From: Azolla caroliniana
Lineage: Eukaryota; Plantae; Polypodiophyta
NCBI GenBank assembly: GCA_043228905.1
Contig: JBHGNT010000013.1
Coordinates: forward strand, 620,001 to 684,000
Direction: 5' to 3'
Length of the DNA stretch: 64,000 nt
This document shows, in pieces, positions 13,338-26,081 of the stretch. The notes under the pieces are model-generated. The model worked only from the letters and a program-made list of their open reading frames with translations, did not search any database and was not told the DNA's origin. Every line of letters starts with the position of its first letter. The first letter of the stretch is position 1. Made by a program: the position numbers and the translations under genes.

Positions 13338-14410
13338 AAGTGGTATTAGAGTGAAACGACATAGAAAAATGGACGATTCGTTGGGAGGCATGTTCAAGCT
13401 CACCGACTCCAACTATTTGGTGTGGAAGTCGAAGATGAGGGACATGCTCGTGGTTAAAGATCTTTGGTTGCCGGTTCAGTTCGGGGACAAGAGACCGGAC
13501 AAAATCGACGCCACGATATGAGAGGTGATGCACATGAAGACAATGGCTTACATACGGTGCTTCATCGACACGAGTCTATACAACAACTTGAATGAAGAGA
13601 GCAAGGCTCATGAGCTCTAGGAGAAGATCGACATTATGTTTCAAAACAAAAATGTTGTTAATCAGGTTTCGGTATTTCGGAAGCTAGTAAGACTCCGGTA
13701 CCAAGATGGCTCCAGCATGGCGGAGCACATGAATGCCTTCCAGGGGTTGATCCACCAGGCAACATCATTGGAAGTACCTCTCACCGATGAGGTACTAGCA
13801 CTACTCTTGCTCGGTTCCCTCCCAGATAGCTGGGAGACGTTGGTTGTCACTCTGGGCAACGCCGGGCCGGAAGGGAAACAGTTATCCCTGGCAAGAGTGA
13901 AGTCGAGCTTGCCAGATGAGGAGGCGCGTCGGAAAGATAAGGATATGAGCTCCGACTCCAAAGAGCTCCTTACTGAATCGGAACGTGGAAGACAAAGGAA
14001 CCGTAGTCCCTAGAACCAGGAGAAGTCGGGGACACGGTCAAAGTCAAAGGGGAGGCCTACTTGCTTCTATTGCGGCAAGCCGGGACTCTTCCAGAAGAAC
14101 TGTCGGCACTTTCGAAAAGACAAGGAAACCGACGATACCGATTCGAAGCGAACACCGGACTAAAACGGTAAAGACCGGAGGGGGCCAGACCGGTAGGGAA
14201 CGACGGCAATCGCGGCAAGTGAAGAAGAGTTGATGCTCATCACCGAGGAGAGTGAGCTAAACCTTGCCGGCGACGAGATGACCTGGGTGGTCGACTCCGG
14301 AGCGTCGTTCCACCTTACCCCGGACCGGAAATGCTTCTCATCCTACTCAGCCGGTGATCACGGTTGTGTCCGGATGGGGAATGAAGGTACATGCCGAATT
14401 GTCGGCATAG

Positions 14411-16646
14411 GACCGAAAAAGAAAGCGGGGATCATCTTCACCGCCCACACAGGCGGCATGCTCGATTGGGGGTCCATCATCGGGGAAGGTGTCCGAGCTG
14501 GTCTTTTGGCCTTACAAGTAGGCAAGAAGTTAATCCCTGCCTTAGCACACTACCTATTTATGCTCTACCCACCCCATTCCATGACCGCCCCCGATGAAAC
14601 CCGACCCTGCCCACTCAGACCAAGCAACAAGCGGCTTCACTGTTTGCCCAGGTGGAATGATAGGACGTCGTTCCTGCACATACTCCGACATCCCCACGGC
14701 CGACACATGCAACCAGGCCACAGGAGCCAATCGAAGACTTCACCATCCTGGGGCGCGACAAGCCGAAACCATCAATCTCGGTGGTGCAGCTCTGGTCGGC
14801 CCTGCAAAGCCCTCGACAAGAACTCCGGGAGGAGACCAGGAAACTCTCTAAAGAAGGCAAGACACAACCTTGTGGCGATCGACCGAAATGGCCGAGGGAG
14901 GATTCCTTGGTGACATCGAAGGCGTCCACACAACTGAGCCTAGCTGAGAAGCGCCACCGCTTACAAAGAGACACAACGGGGAAAGGGAAAGGGGCGACTC
15001 CTCAGCAGAAGCCCTACAGATGATCGTCGCACCTACCAAAACGGTAGTCGTTATCTCTGACAAGCCTCTGTCCTTGAAAGGGAATTTAGAAAAAGGTCAG
15101 GCCTCTTGAATCTCGGAAGATGATGTGCTGACAATTCCTGATCTACTAGTCAAAGCTTTCGAGTTAGGTGGCATTTTGCGGCACGACACATCTTATGAAC
15201 TCATAGGCAGCAGTCGCAGCATGCCTGGTCGAAGAACATGCAAACAAGGAGATGGTGCAGAGGGCTATCATAGGAGAGCTCGAATCGGATGAAGATGCGG
15301 TTCTATAGAAAATCGGCCGAAAACAACAAAATAGGAGTAGCCACCTCGTCATCGAGTTGCCTGAGTTAGACACAGCCCTTATAAAAGCCTACCAAGAATT
15401 GGTTAAAAGGACCCACACTGCCAAAGATATGGCTTCAAGTAGCAAAAAAACGAAAACAAGCAAAGCAAGCGACAGAGCTATGGAAGGCTTCGGAAAGTTG
15501 CCGAGCTCGAACGAAAGCTTCGGGAAATTGGAAGCTTAGGGCAAGACGACCCTCCCACCTCCCAACACTAGTAGTCCACACCGGTTAGTCCACCTATCTA
15601 CTAGGTCAAGGTAACTCACACCTCGGCCACCGCCACCGAACACAACACACCCCTACCTCCCGACATAATAGTGGCACCGCCACTAAACTATGAAGAAGAA
15701 TTGGCAGCACAGAAGGCAATTACCGAGAAGGCCAAAGAATGATACCAGATAGCCAAGGAGGAAATCGACCGCATCTTCGAGCAAGCACGGAAGCGAGAAG
15801 ATGACTTACAACAATAGCTCGATGCAAGTACGATCGAATATACGCAAACCCTCCAAGATATGGAAGCAAAAGCCGCGGTAGCTCTTCAGGCTGCCAATGA
15901 TGAGTCGACTACCAAGCTCCACGATATGGAAGCACAGGGCGTGCCCGCTCTTCGGGCCGCCAACGATTATCGACTGCCAAAATACATGAGATAGAGGAAG
16001 GGTACCAACAGGCATACGCTATACAAAACGACCAACTCCTAACTCTCTGAAACGAGCACACTAAACTGTAGCGACACTTAGGGTTATAGCACCAAACCTT
16101 TCGCAAGATGGAGAGCGAAAAGAATGCCTTGGAAGATTCCATCCACGAACTTTAGACCACATCACAACAAGACCTAGAAAAGTATAGGCAGGAGATGGAA
16201 GAGGTGAAAGACCAGATTATCCGGAAATATGAGCAAAATATGGAGTTGTTCTAGACACAAGTCGAAGGAATAATCACCTCATTCCAAGTCGCAAAAGCCA
16301 AGCTTGAACTTGGTGCCGTGACCGCCAAAGAGGAAATTAACAATCTTCGTGTCAAATACTTGATGGGCGAAGAACGAGCCAGGACTTTAATAGCGAAACA
16401 CATGGTAAGCGGTTGAACAAGAAGCTCAAAATGCATTGGCTCGAGGATGGAACAAATGGACGGCACAAGCGGCAGAATTACAAATCTTCTGAGCAGATGC
16501 AGAGAATCGGAAAAAGGAGGGCCACGGATTCTTTAAAATGGGTGAGAGTAGCATTCAAGTGCTCAAGAGGACCTCACCGAGGAGTTCCACGCCCTAGCAC
16601 AAACACATACCACGGAGATTGAGACCCTCTTGGAGGGATTCACCAA
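14411..16646 (+). pseudogene. Middle part of an uncharacterised retroelement extra ORF (conserved helical N-domain, low-complexity linker, coiled coil), displaced by the inversion
   Basis: GPKKKAGIIFTAHTGGMLDWGSIIGEGVRAGLLALQVGKKLIPALAHYLFMLYPP is homologous to ORF 24239-24676. E/K/Q-rich heptad-like segments at about 15700-16600. Continues from 20400-20200 (minus) and on to 12694-12319 (minus). Confidence 0.65.
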
Positions 16647-16651
16647 CGATC

Positions 16652-17210
16652 TGACAGGAATACACGCTCCATAAGCACAACGCTCGGCCACAACCGAGTC
16701 TAGGATCAAACATAGAAAACGGGTAAGGTACGCACGACACAGTGAAGAGAAGAGTACACAATATGTTTACGTGGAAAACCCAAACTAGAGAAAACATCGA
16801 GATCAACCCACAGACTGCAAACTATCACTATATCACAATGTACAATAGTAAAGCACCGAGGCAACAACCTCGAGCTTGCTATCTTCGCCACAGGCGGCGG
16901 TTACAATAGAGGCAACGACCTCTTCCTCTCTCTCTCTCTCTCTCTGTACACAATCACGCACTCAAATCTTGCACCAACAAGAATGACAACTACAATATTA
17001 CCACTAAGTTTGCCCTAAGTCATATTTATACTAATATGACTTTTCAGCTATTTACAAATAGAGCCCCGATGGACTCTCAGAAAACATATTTACGAATATG
17101 TCCCTTCATCCGATGAGCACTTCTCACCGGGCCTTCACCATCCGGCTCTTGTCGAGTACTCGTCATCCGGTTCTCATCACTTCCCATCCAGAGGGACTTG
17201 TTTCCTAACA
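16652..17210 (-). repeat. 3' LTR of Copia F, inverted (559 bp, one copy of the U3 repeat)
   Basis: Reverse complement of 12695-13337 minus about 84 bp; adjacent PPT AGGGGGAGTT. Confidence 0.92.
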
Positions 17211-17229
17211 AACTCCCCCTTCACTCCGG

Positions 17230-20199
17230 CATGGGATGTCTTACTAGTGCGATCCGCTTTCGACATGCATCCAGCTTGTCAGGTATCAGTATTTTGGTCA
17301 GCATATCTGACCCGTTCTCGACCGTGTGGATCTTCGTCAGCGCGAACTCTCGATCTTCTAATCGCTCCCGGATCTAGTGATACCTACGCTGGATGTGCTT
17401 TGTCCTGGAATGGTACGCTGCGTTCTTAGCAAGGTGGATGACAGTTTGACTATCGCAATAAAGCCGATATTCATCTTGCCTCATACCGAGCTCTCCGATG
17501 AAGTCCTTCATCCATAATATTTCCTTGTCCACTTCCACAACCGCCATGTACTCCGCCTCCGTGGTTGACAACGCAACCGTCTTTTGCAGCCTCGACTGCC
17601 ATGAAACAACTCCCCCTACATATGTCATTACATACCCGGATGTAGACCGGTTGGTATCCACATCAGCCGACATGTCCGAATCGGTAAAACCGTCAAGTTG
17701 AGGTTTACCGGAGCCGAATCGGAGACACATATTCGAAGTGCCCTTCAGGTACCGAAGTATCCATTTGACCGCGTTCTAGTGCTCCTTGCCGGGATTGCTC
17801 ATAAACCGGCTCACCACTCCGACCGAGTATCCAATGTCCAGCCGAGTACACACCATTGCGTACATTAAGCTCCCGACGGCAGAGGCATATGGAACCTTCA
17901 TCATATCAGCCTTCTCTGCTTTCGTCTTCGGGCTTTGCTTACCGGATAGTCTTCAGTTTGCCGGGAGTGTCGATCCGACCGGTTTTGCTTCTAACATGTT
18001 GAACCGCTGAAGCACCTTTGTCACGTATTTCTCTTGTGACAACCACAATTGCTTCTTTGACCGGTCCCGAATGATGTGCATCCCCAGTATCTGTCTTGCC
18101 GGGCCCAAGTCTTTCATTGCGAAGGTTCGATTGAGAGCCTTCTTCAGCATCCGTATTTTGGCTTGGTCCCGTTCGACGATCAACATGTCGTCCACGTACA
18201 GAAGGAGTATCAGGAAGTCGCCTCCTTCGAACTTCTTCACAAACACTCAGTGATCAGCCTGCGTCTTGTGGTACCCTTGATCGGTCATGAAGGAGTCGAA
18301 CTTCCGGTACCATTGTCGGGGAGCCTGCTTCAGTCCGTACAGGCTCTTCTTCAACCAGCAAACCAGGTGCTCCTTCCCTTTCTCCACGAATCCTTCCGGT
18401 TGCTGCATGTAGATCTCCTCTTCGAGGTCACCGTGAAGGAATGTCGTCTTCACGTCCAATTGCTCTACCTCGAGGTCCATGCTTGCCGCTATACTCAGCA
18501 CCGTCCAGATGGAGGTCATCTTTACTACCGGGGCAAATATCTCGTTGAAGTCCACGCCCTTCTTCTGTTGGAACCCCTTCACCACGATCCTGGCTTTGTA
18601 TCTCGGGGGGTTGCCGGCATCTCCCGGTTTCAACTTGTACACCCACTTGTTTCGGAGTGCCCGCTTTCCTTTCGGCAACTCCACCAATTCGTACGTATGG
18701 TTCTCATGCAGGGAATCCATCTCATCATGCATGGCACTTAACCATTTGCAGTTGTGGGTGTCATCCTTCGCTTCTTCGAAGCTTTCCGGCTCTCCCTCAT
18801 TGGTCAGCAGCACATGCTCTGCATCCGCAAATCTCCGGGGGGGCCTTCTCTCTCTGTGAGGATATCTCCGTCTTTGGCCTTCGGCAACCGACTCCACTAA
18901 TTGTTCTTCATCCGAATCCGATTTGGGGTCTTGGCCGGTTCCGATTTCAGCTTCCTCTACTTCTTCTTTTGCCGGTTCGGTATTCTCACCGTAACCGGCT
19001 GGTTCCTCGAGTGTCAACCGGCTCTTAACCGGGTGTGTCCGAATCTCATCGGAGTTCATTATCTTCTTCTCCGACTCCCAGTCGGCAAGAGTCTTGTCCT
19101 CCATGAAGATAATATCTCGACTCCGGAAAGCCTTCTTGTCAACTGGATCCCACACTCGGTAGCTGAACTCATCATCGCCGTATCCGAGGAATATGCATGG
19201 CCGGGTCTTTGGATCCAACTTTCCTCTCCGGTCCTTAGCAACATGCACGTACACGAGACACCCGAACACCTTCAGATGACGGTAGGACACTTCCTTACCG
19301 GTCCACACTTTCTGCAGTGTGTCTCCATCCAAGGGCACTGAGGGTGATCTGTTTATCACATACGTCGTCGTCGACAGTGCCTCAACCCAAAATGTCTTGG
19401 GTAATTTTGCATGCGCCAGCATACTCCAGACCCTCTCCATTATGGTCCGGTTCATCCTCTCGGCCAGCCCATTTAGTTCCGGCGTCTTCGGCACGGTAAA
19501 TTCGAGCCAGATTCCCTTCGAGTGACAGTACTCCTCGAACTGCCCCCAGTATTCACCTCCGTTATCTGCTCGAACCGCCTTCAGCTTCCGGCCGGTTTCT
19601 CTTTCCACTCTCGCATGGAGCTCTTTGAAGACGGATAACACCTGATCCTTCGTCTTCAACGGTGTGGCCCACAGCTTCCGGCTGTGGTCATCTATGAACG
19701 TCATGAAGTACTGCGATCCGGCATGTGACTTCGTGTCGACTTGACATACAACAGTATGCACCAACTCCAGTGGTGCATTACGTCTCATTGGTGGCCTCGA
19801 TCGGAAGAAGGTCCAGTTTTGTTTACCGGCCAGACAATCAGTGCACTTCTCCAAGTGCACGTTCTTCACTGGAATGAGGTTGTCGTCTACAAGCCTCTTC
19901 ATCCCCTTCTCGCTCATGTGACATGGCCTCTTGTGCCACAGCTCACCGGCAGTGTCGGAAGCCATGTTCACTTCTTCTGGGCATAACCGGGAATTCATCA
20001 GGTACAGTGTGTTTACCTTCTGGGTCCGAGCCACAATCAGGCTCCCTTTACTGAACTTCATAACACCGTTCCAGATGCTACCCATGTAGCCTTCATCATC
20101 TAACCGACCAGTTGATATCAGGTTCAGACGAACCTCCGAAACGTGTCGGACATCCTTCAGTAGCAGCTTGCATCTAGTTGGTGTTGTCAACCACACATC
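17230..20199 (-). pseudogene. Copia F pol (integrase, RT, RNase H), few stops
   Basis: ORF 18247-20286 (LWHKR, FIDDHSRK, VRADNGGEY, NGLAERMNRT, LKKSLYGLKQAPRQWY), ORF 17953-18246 (LLLYVDDML), ORF 17374-17730 (GFTDSDMSAD, HIQRRYH). Confidence 0.93.
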
Positions 20200-20759
20200 A
20201 TAGCTATTGGCGTGCACGTAGGCGATTTCCAGGAGAAATTTGGCTATTGGTCGCCGAAGAACTCGTTCGGTCCTCCTTGTGTGCAATAGGCTTCTGCCGA
20301 AACCCAGTATTCCCCGAAATGGGCTTTGAGGACGTGTTGAGGTGGGACCTCGATCTCATGATGGCCACCCTGTTTCAAACCCAACACCGACTGAATCTGG
20401 TCATCTGTGATGGTCGTGCCTACTCAACCAGGTGTGGCGCTCCATGGAGACCTTGAGTGGCATGTGTGGCCTAGTTCATTGAGAGTAAGAGTGAGAGCTT
20501 CTATACAGAGAACAAGAGAGCGAAGAGCTTGGAGAGAAAGCTTGAGGGTTGTGTGCTTCTGTGCCTAAGGGAATTCTTTGTGTGTGGTGCCTTGGTTTTT
20601 GTATATGCTTTGTTTCCTGAGTTGTGGCCTTGTGCCCTAGATTCAAAATCTCTCCTGCCATTATTAGGTTTTAAGGCGACGCGTCGGAAACAATTTGTAC
20701 TTTCTTTTCTCGTTCTACATTATGTGCTTAAATAACACTTGGTGGCCCCGTGAGCCTCC

Positions 20760-21810
20760 GTGTCACCTACCTCAGACTGGCCGTGGTCGTGCTGCTTGTC
20801 GGAAAATTTGTTGGGTGGGGAGTTTCTTTTGTTTGGACTCGGTTTTGGGGAGTTGTTCCGAAATTTGCATGCGTATGCTCGGAACCTGAAATTCGATTGG
20901 CATTACAACTTCTAAACCAAATGCCAACCGAAAAGGGGTGGACTTGATGCTGGTCTTTAACATAGTGCGGTAAGCCCAAAGCACGTTGTGCAGTTTGTCA
21001 TCCCAGTCAGTTTGATTTACGTTCACGATTTTCTTGAGGATGATCTACAACGTTTTGTTTGTCGATTCAACAAGACCATCCACTTGCGGATAGTATGGCG
21101 TGCTCTTTTTATGTACCACCGTGTAATGAGTTGTGAGCTCTCGAATGATTTTTTTGATGAAGTGACCTCTCTGGTCGCTCACTAACTCGATAGGGTAGCT
21201 GAATCTGCACCAGAGGTATTCATAAACAAATTTTTCCATGGAGGCCGCCGTGTTGTCCCCAAGTGCCTTTGCTTCGACCCACTTGGTATAATAATCAGCC
21301 ATGACAATAATGTATTGATTGCCGGTTCAAGCCATGGCTGGCTTGAATGGGCCGATGAAATACACCCCCCACTTCTAGAATGGCTCGAGTGGAAGGATAA
21401 GCCGGTGGGGCATTCGAGCTCGCTAGGTAGGTTGGCCCATGCATTGGCAAAGATAGCATTGTTGGCAGAATTCGTGAGCATCCTTCTGTGTCGTTGGCCA
21501 TCATAAGCCACTTTGCTAAACCTTTCGGGTCGTCGCATCACCTGCGTCGTGGCCTCCCGCGATTCCGTAATGGGCCTCTCAGAGGATGGCGTCTTTTTCG
21601 AAATTCTGAACCATTTGGCGGCATATTCGATGTGTGCCTTTGTGGTATAATGTGTCGGTTACAAGGCAGAAGTTCCGACTTCGGACATCCAAACGCTTCT
21701 TTGCGTCAAGGGACAAGTATTCGGGTGTAAGACCAATGCTTACGAAGTATATCATTTCGTCTATCCACCCATCTTCGAACTCTAGATTGGGCAGTGTTGT
21801 ACTTGTGTCA
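20760..21810 (-). pseudogene. Athila/Tat-like (non-chromovirus Gypsy) integrase remnant, followed 3' by the start of the extra ORF (about 20420-20200)
   Basis: ADYYTKWVEAKAL..., LVSDQRGHF, STPYYPQVDGLVESTNKTL, DWDDKLHNVLWAYRT, TPFRLAFGLEVVMPIEF. Confidence 0.85.
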
Positions 21811-21850
21811 GTAAGCTACGTCAATTGCAGAGGATGCTTTTGAACCCTCA

Positions 21851-22373
21851 TGCTTTGATACCATGTCAATTTTAAATGCGGAAGCTTATGAACCGACTAT
21901 AAGTTAGTTATCCGAAAGTTGAACACAACAATTCGTTAACACAGAACACAGAGTACAAGAGAGAGAGAGAGAGAGAGAGAGTAGACAACAAAAAATTCTA
22001 TTACAAATGAAATGCTTAGTACATTACACAGTTCTTAAGTGCACTTTATATATACATGCCCATCTGTCATGGATGTTATGAAGTACTGAGATGTACTTCA
22101 GTGCTCTTAAAATAGCATCTGACATTGACTACTTACATTGAACCTACTTAATAAAATAGGTTTACTTTGACATGTGTGATGTTCCGAATCGGCTTCCACA
22201 ACCGCTCCGACATCCGGTCTGTTATCCAGCTTCTTTTGTCGATCCGGCATCCGGTCCGGAACCTAGTCCGGAGCTTAGGTTTATCAACCTTATTGGGCCT
22301 TGCCAATCGGATCGATTCTGATCTGGCCTACCTGCTTGTCCATCTGGTCCGGCCCATGTTGAGCTTGCTCACA
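21851..22373 (-). mobile_element. LTR (21864-22373) with PBS-Met, joined by deletion to the Gypsy integrase remnant
   Basis: TG...CA ends; TGGTATCAAAGCA immediately inside. Shares TGCGGAAGC and TCCGG-rich motifs with the solo LTR at 25640-26081. Confidence 0.75.
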
Positions 22374-22634
22374 TAATGGTCTATATTTCCATTATTTTTT
22401 GCATTTAATCCAAGTTTACACTAATCATGTTCAAGCAAGGAGCGTGTCAAAATTTTCATCAAGAAATTTTGAGCTCAGGAGATGAAGTTATGTGAATTTT
22501 TGAGAAATCTATGGAAAATGAATCACTAATTCGCCTCACCAAGAACTTCTCATGTTAATACAAACGTTTTGTCACAAAGATCACGACGGATTTTTGAGAT
22601 GTAAAATCTAACCTATGAGCACAAAGTAGCGTCT

Positions 22635-24059
22635 TATTGTAAAACTTTCAAGCGATGGAATCAAACCCGTTACGCTGGCCGAAGCACGTATTGCCACTTA
22701 ATAACGCCCAAAGATAGATCAAAATTATAAAAACTTATATAGTTTTAATTAATTACCTTTTGTGCCCCTCTATTTTTTCAAATTACCTTTCCTGCCCCTT
22801 CCTCACAAGGGCACGAATAAAATTATATAAAAAAAATTCTAACTTTTATTTTATTATCTTTTGTGCTTCCCCATGGACCCATATTCATAAAGAATAAAAT
22901 AATAATAATAAGTAAAAATGGAAAAAAGGGAACCTTTGACTAACCAAGTGTTTCACTCAAACGTTAAACATTTTGAGTCGAAGGATCCCTAATTTGCCTC
23001 ACCGCCGCCTATACTAGCCTCCACCAACCATCAATCGTCGTTGCCGAAGAAAAATAAATGAATTGAAAAAAAATAACAATAATAATAGTAGTAGTAATAA
23101 AATAATATATAAATACAAAATAGAAGTATAGAATAATAATAATAATAATAGAAAGTTATACACTAAAAATAGTAAAATTAGGTAAATAAATTTTAAAAAA
23201 GAATAAAGATTATAATAATAAAAGTAATAAATAGAATAGAATAACATAACATAATAATAATAAATATTACAATACCTAACCAATTCATTGAAAATTACTT
23301 AATTGTCCCAAACTCAACATACTTACAAGTGCACACGTAGACCTTCAAACAAACCTGGACACAAACTTCACATATATCCAAACAAGTGTGTGCACTTTGA
23401 CAAACTCGGGCATGGGAAGGATTTTTAACCTATCCTCACCGGTTCAATTTCCCAAGCACACGTGTAACTTCGCAACAACGTATATACTCAGAGTCAGGGA
23501 TCCATAGCGTGTTACTGTAAAACTTTCAAGTGACGGAATCAAACCTGTTACCCCGACCGAAGCACGTATTGCCACCTAACAATGCCCAAAGATAGATCAA
23601 AATTATAAAACCTTATATACTTTTAATTAATTACCTTTTGTGCCCCTTTAGTTTTTCAAATTATCTTTCCTGCCCCTTCCTCACAAGGGCACAATATAAT
23701 TATATAAAAATTTATCTAACTTTTATTTTATTATCTTTTGTGCTCCCCCATTGGCCCATATTCATAAAGAATAAAATAATAATAATAAGTAAAAATGAAA
23801 AAAAGGGAGCCTCTGACTCTAGTCAAAGGCCCCCTTTTAACCAAGTGTTTCACTCAGACGTTGAACATTTTAAGTCGAAGGATCCCTAATTTACCTCACC
23901 ATCGACTATGCCAGCCTCCACTAACCATCGGTCCTCGTTGCTGAAGAAAAATAAATAAATTGAAAAAAATATAACAATAATAATAGTAGTAGTAATAAAA
24001 TAATATATAAATACAAAATAGAAATATAGAATAATACTAATAATAATAATAGAAAGTTA
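22635..24059. repeat. Direct duplication of an about 540-bp AT-rich unit (22635-23160 and 23513-24059), probable DNA-transposon-derived relic
   Basis: GTAAAACTTTCAAG...GAAGCACGTATTGCCAC...GAAGGATCCCTAAT...AATAGAAAGTTA occurs twice with a period of about 878 bp. Confidence 0.8.
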
Positions 24060-24066
24060 GTTCTAC

Positions 24067-24716
24067 TCACATCTTTGGCCAAGCCTTGGTCGTTCTTCCT
24101 ATTGAGGCGTCGTCATTTTGGTTGGGGGCTTTCCTATTCCCCCTATGGCCGTTGGTCGCTTTGTTGACGGATCGTGCCTTCGTTGCGGGTGTTAGCCACC
24201 TGTTGTTGTGAGTTCGTCGATCGGCTAACCTGATCCGCCTATTCTGGTTGTCGGACCATGTGTGCCTCAACTGGTTTTTTCAGTGGGACTAAGGGCTCGG
24301 TTTGTAGAGGCCTTTTGTTGTCTTTGTCTTGGCATTGCATTGTTCGGAGGCCTCTAAGCCAAATCTTTCGTCCGAACGGTGGCAGATGTGTTGTTGATGG
24401 CCTAGGCAACGTTGGTGTTGGGAGTGCTGATGCCGGAGGAAACAATATTGTTAAATACTGTGTGACTATTGGCAGGAGCTTTTTCCCGGCTTGTAAGGCA
24501 AGGATTCCTGCCCGTAAGGCCGCTCCCATGACAAACACCCAATTGATTGGGCTACCTTGATATGTCGCTATGATCATGCCAGCCTTATGCTTCTGCATCT
24601 CGTAAGATTTGGGATGAACACAGGCGATCTCCAATAGGAACTTGGTGACGTCCCAGAAGAAAATGTCAGGAGCCATCTCCGTCCTATACGCATTGGCAGT
24701 GGTGGAATATTTCCCA
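24067..24716 (-). pseudogene. Second, diverged copy of the retroelement extra ORF; its 5' part lies at 52129-52400 and it is split by Copia E
   Basis: Joining across the TSD gives ...IPPIEVLEKYFGKYSTTANAYRTEMAPDIFFWDVTKFLLEIACVHPKSYEMQKHKAGMIIATYQGSPINWVFVMGAALRAGILALQAGKKLLPIVTQYLTILFPP. Confidence 0.7.
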
Positions 24717-25639
24717 TGTTAATAATTAGGTAATTAACTAGGATTAATTAATGACTAATTATATGAGTAGTTAAGCAACGGAAGGTTATATGATATGTGT
24801 GTGTATGTGTGTGAAAGGAAGATACAGTTATGAACAATTAATACAAAATGGGCCATGATTAACTAGAGTGTATATTAAAAAGCATAAGCAAATACAAAAA
24901 TACCCACAATGAGGTATATATACATCTTATGTGCAAAGGTGCACATGTGTGAGTAGAATATAGGTACAAAGATGTAAGTCCTATATTAAATGAACATGGG
25001 AGTGGAGGATCTACAATGTATCCCACTCAAGTACAAAATCCTATTTAAGGCTTTAAGGTCAACACACTAACTAGATTCTATCTAGGTAACTACTAAGTTA
25101 CGTATGTTGACTAACTAACGACATCTAGTTGAGCTTGATATCTCAATACGCCCCTTCAAGCTCAAGTGTGAGGCGACTGACGTCCACTTTGGCTTCCGTC
25201 CGGCCTTCGGCTTTGTTCGGCCTCTCCGAGGCAGTCTCGGTTCCTCCCCCTCAAGCCGATGAAGAAGGCTTGTAGTGTGGAATGGTGGAAAGCCAACAAC
25301 TTTCACCCATTGTGGGTCACGAGCCACTTCTATAGAGCTCTCAGGCTCTTGTTCGGCCACTACCTTCATTGCGAAGGCATAATGATGGGCCATATACTTG
25401 GTGTAGCTGAGCCGAGTGACGAGGTTGTTTTCTCTAGATGAGCATCGAAGTCTTTCACTCATCAATGTGAGCGCCTTCTTTACTCTAGGTGTTCGCATGA
25501 TGGGTACACCAAAGTCACTGTCTAGTGAGGGAGCCGACACATCAGAATCATTGTCGTCGGGGTGGTCGACTTCATAGTCGAGCGTCTTACCTTTGCCTTT
25601 GTCCGATCTAACCCCTAGTTGAGACGTGCTTGGAAGGCT

Positions 25640-26081
25640 TGAAAGCTGTAAAAGAATACGATTGCGGAAGCTAAGAGAAACTGCCTCGTCCAAATAGCAA
25701 AAGAATACAGACATAGGTTTAATGGAAACCTTACACGGGAGAGACAGAGTTAGAGTAGAACACAGAAAACGTGTATATTCCAAAACATTAAAAACTCTCT
25801 CTATACATACAATGTGCTCAACAACACTATTTACACAAGTCCTTGAAGAACTGACCAAAGCACTGGCAGGTACTTCAATGCTCGTACTGAGTCCCTAACA
25901 TTAACTACAAGAACATTAACTACCTAGTAATCTAGAAGCCTAGGCCTCTAACGGCAGACTGGTTCACACATGAGTCCGGCTCTCCGATCCCCAATCCGGC
26001 TCTAAGTTCTAGATGCTATCCGGACACCGATCCGGCTCTAGCTTAGCTGATCTGGATCCAATTGAGCTTGTTTGCTCAACA
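25640..26081. mobile_element. Solo LTR related to the 21864-22373 LTR, inserted in Copia E
   Basis: TG...CA ends, shared motifs, interrupts the Copia linker reading frame. Imperfect flanking duplication AAGGCT/ATGGCT. Confidence 0.7.

Larger units (their letters stand above)
12695..20199 (+). mobile_element. Element F: Ty1/Copia (Tnt1/Tork-like) element broken by an inversion
   Basis: 5' LTR 12695-13337, PBS-Met at 13341, gag-PR about 13369-14410 on plus. IN-RT-RH (20199 to about 17230), PPT (17211-17220) and 3' LTR (16652-17210) are now on minus. TSD GATCG at 12690-12694 and, inverted, CGATC at 16647-16651. Confidence 0.92.

Noticed and set aside
12695-17210. DNA transposon or DIRS-like element with long terminal inverted repeats
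   Set aside because: The inverted repeats are Copia LTRs with PBS, PPT and TSD, and are explained by the inversion.
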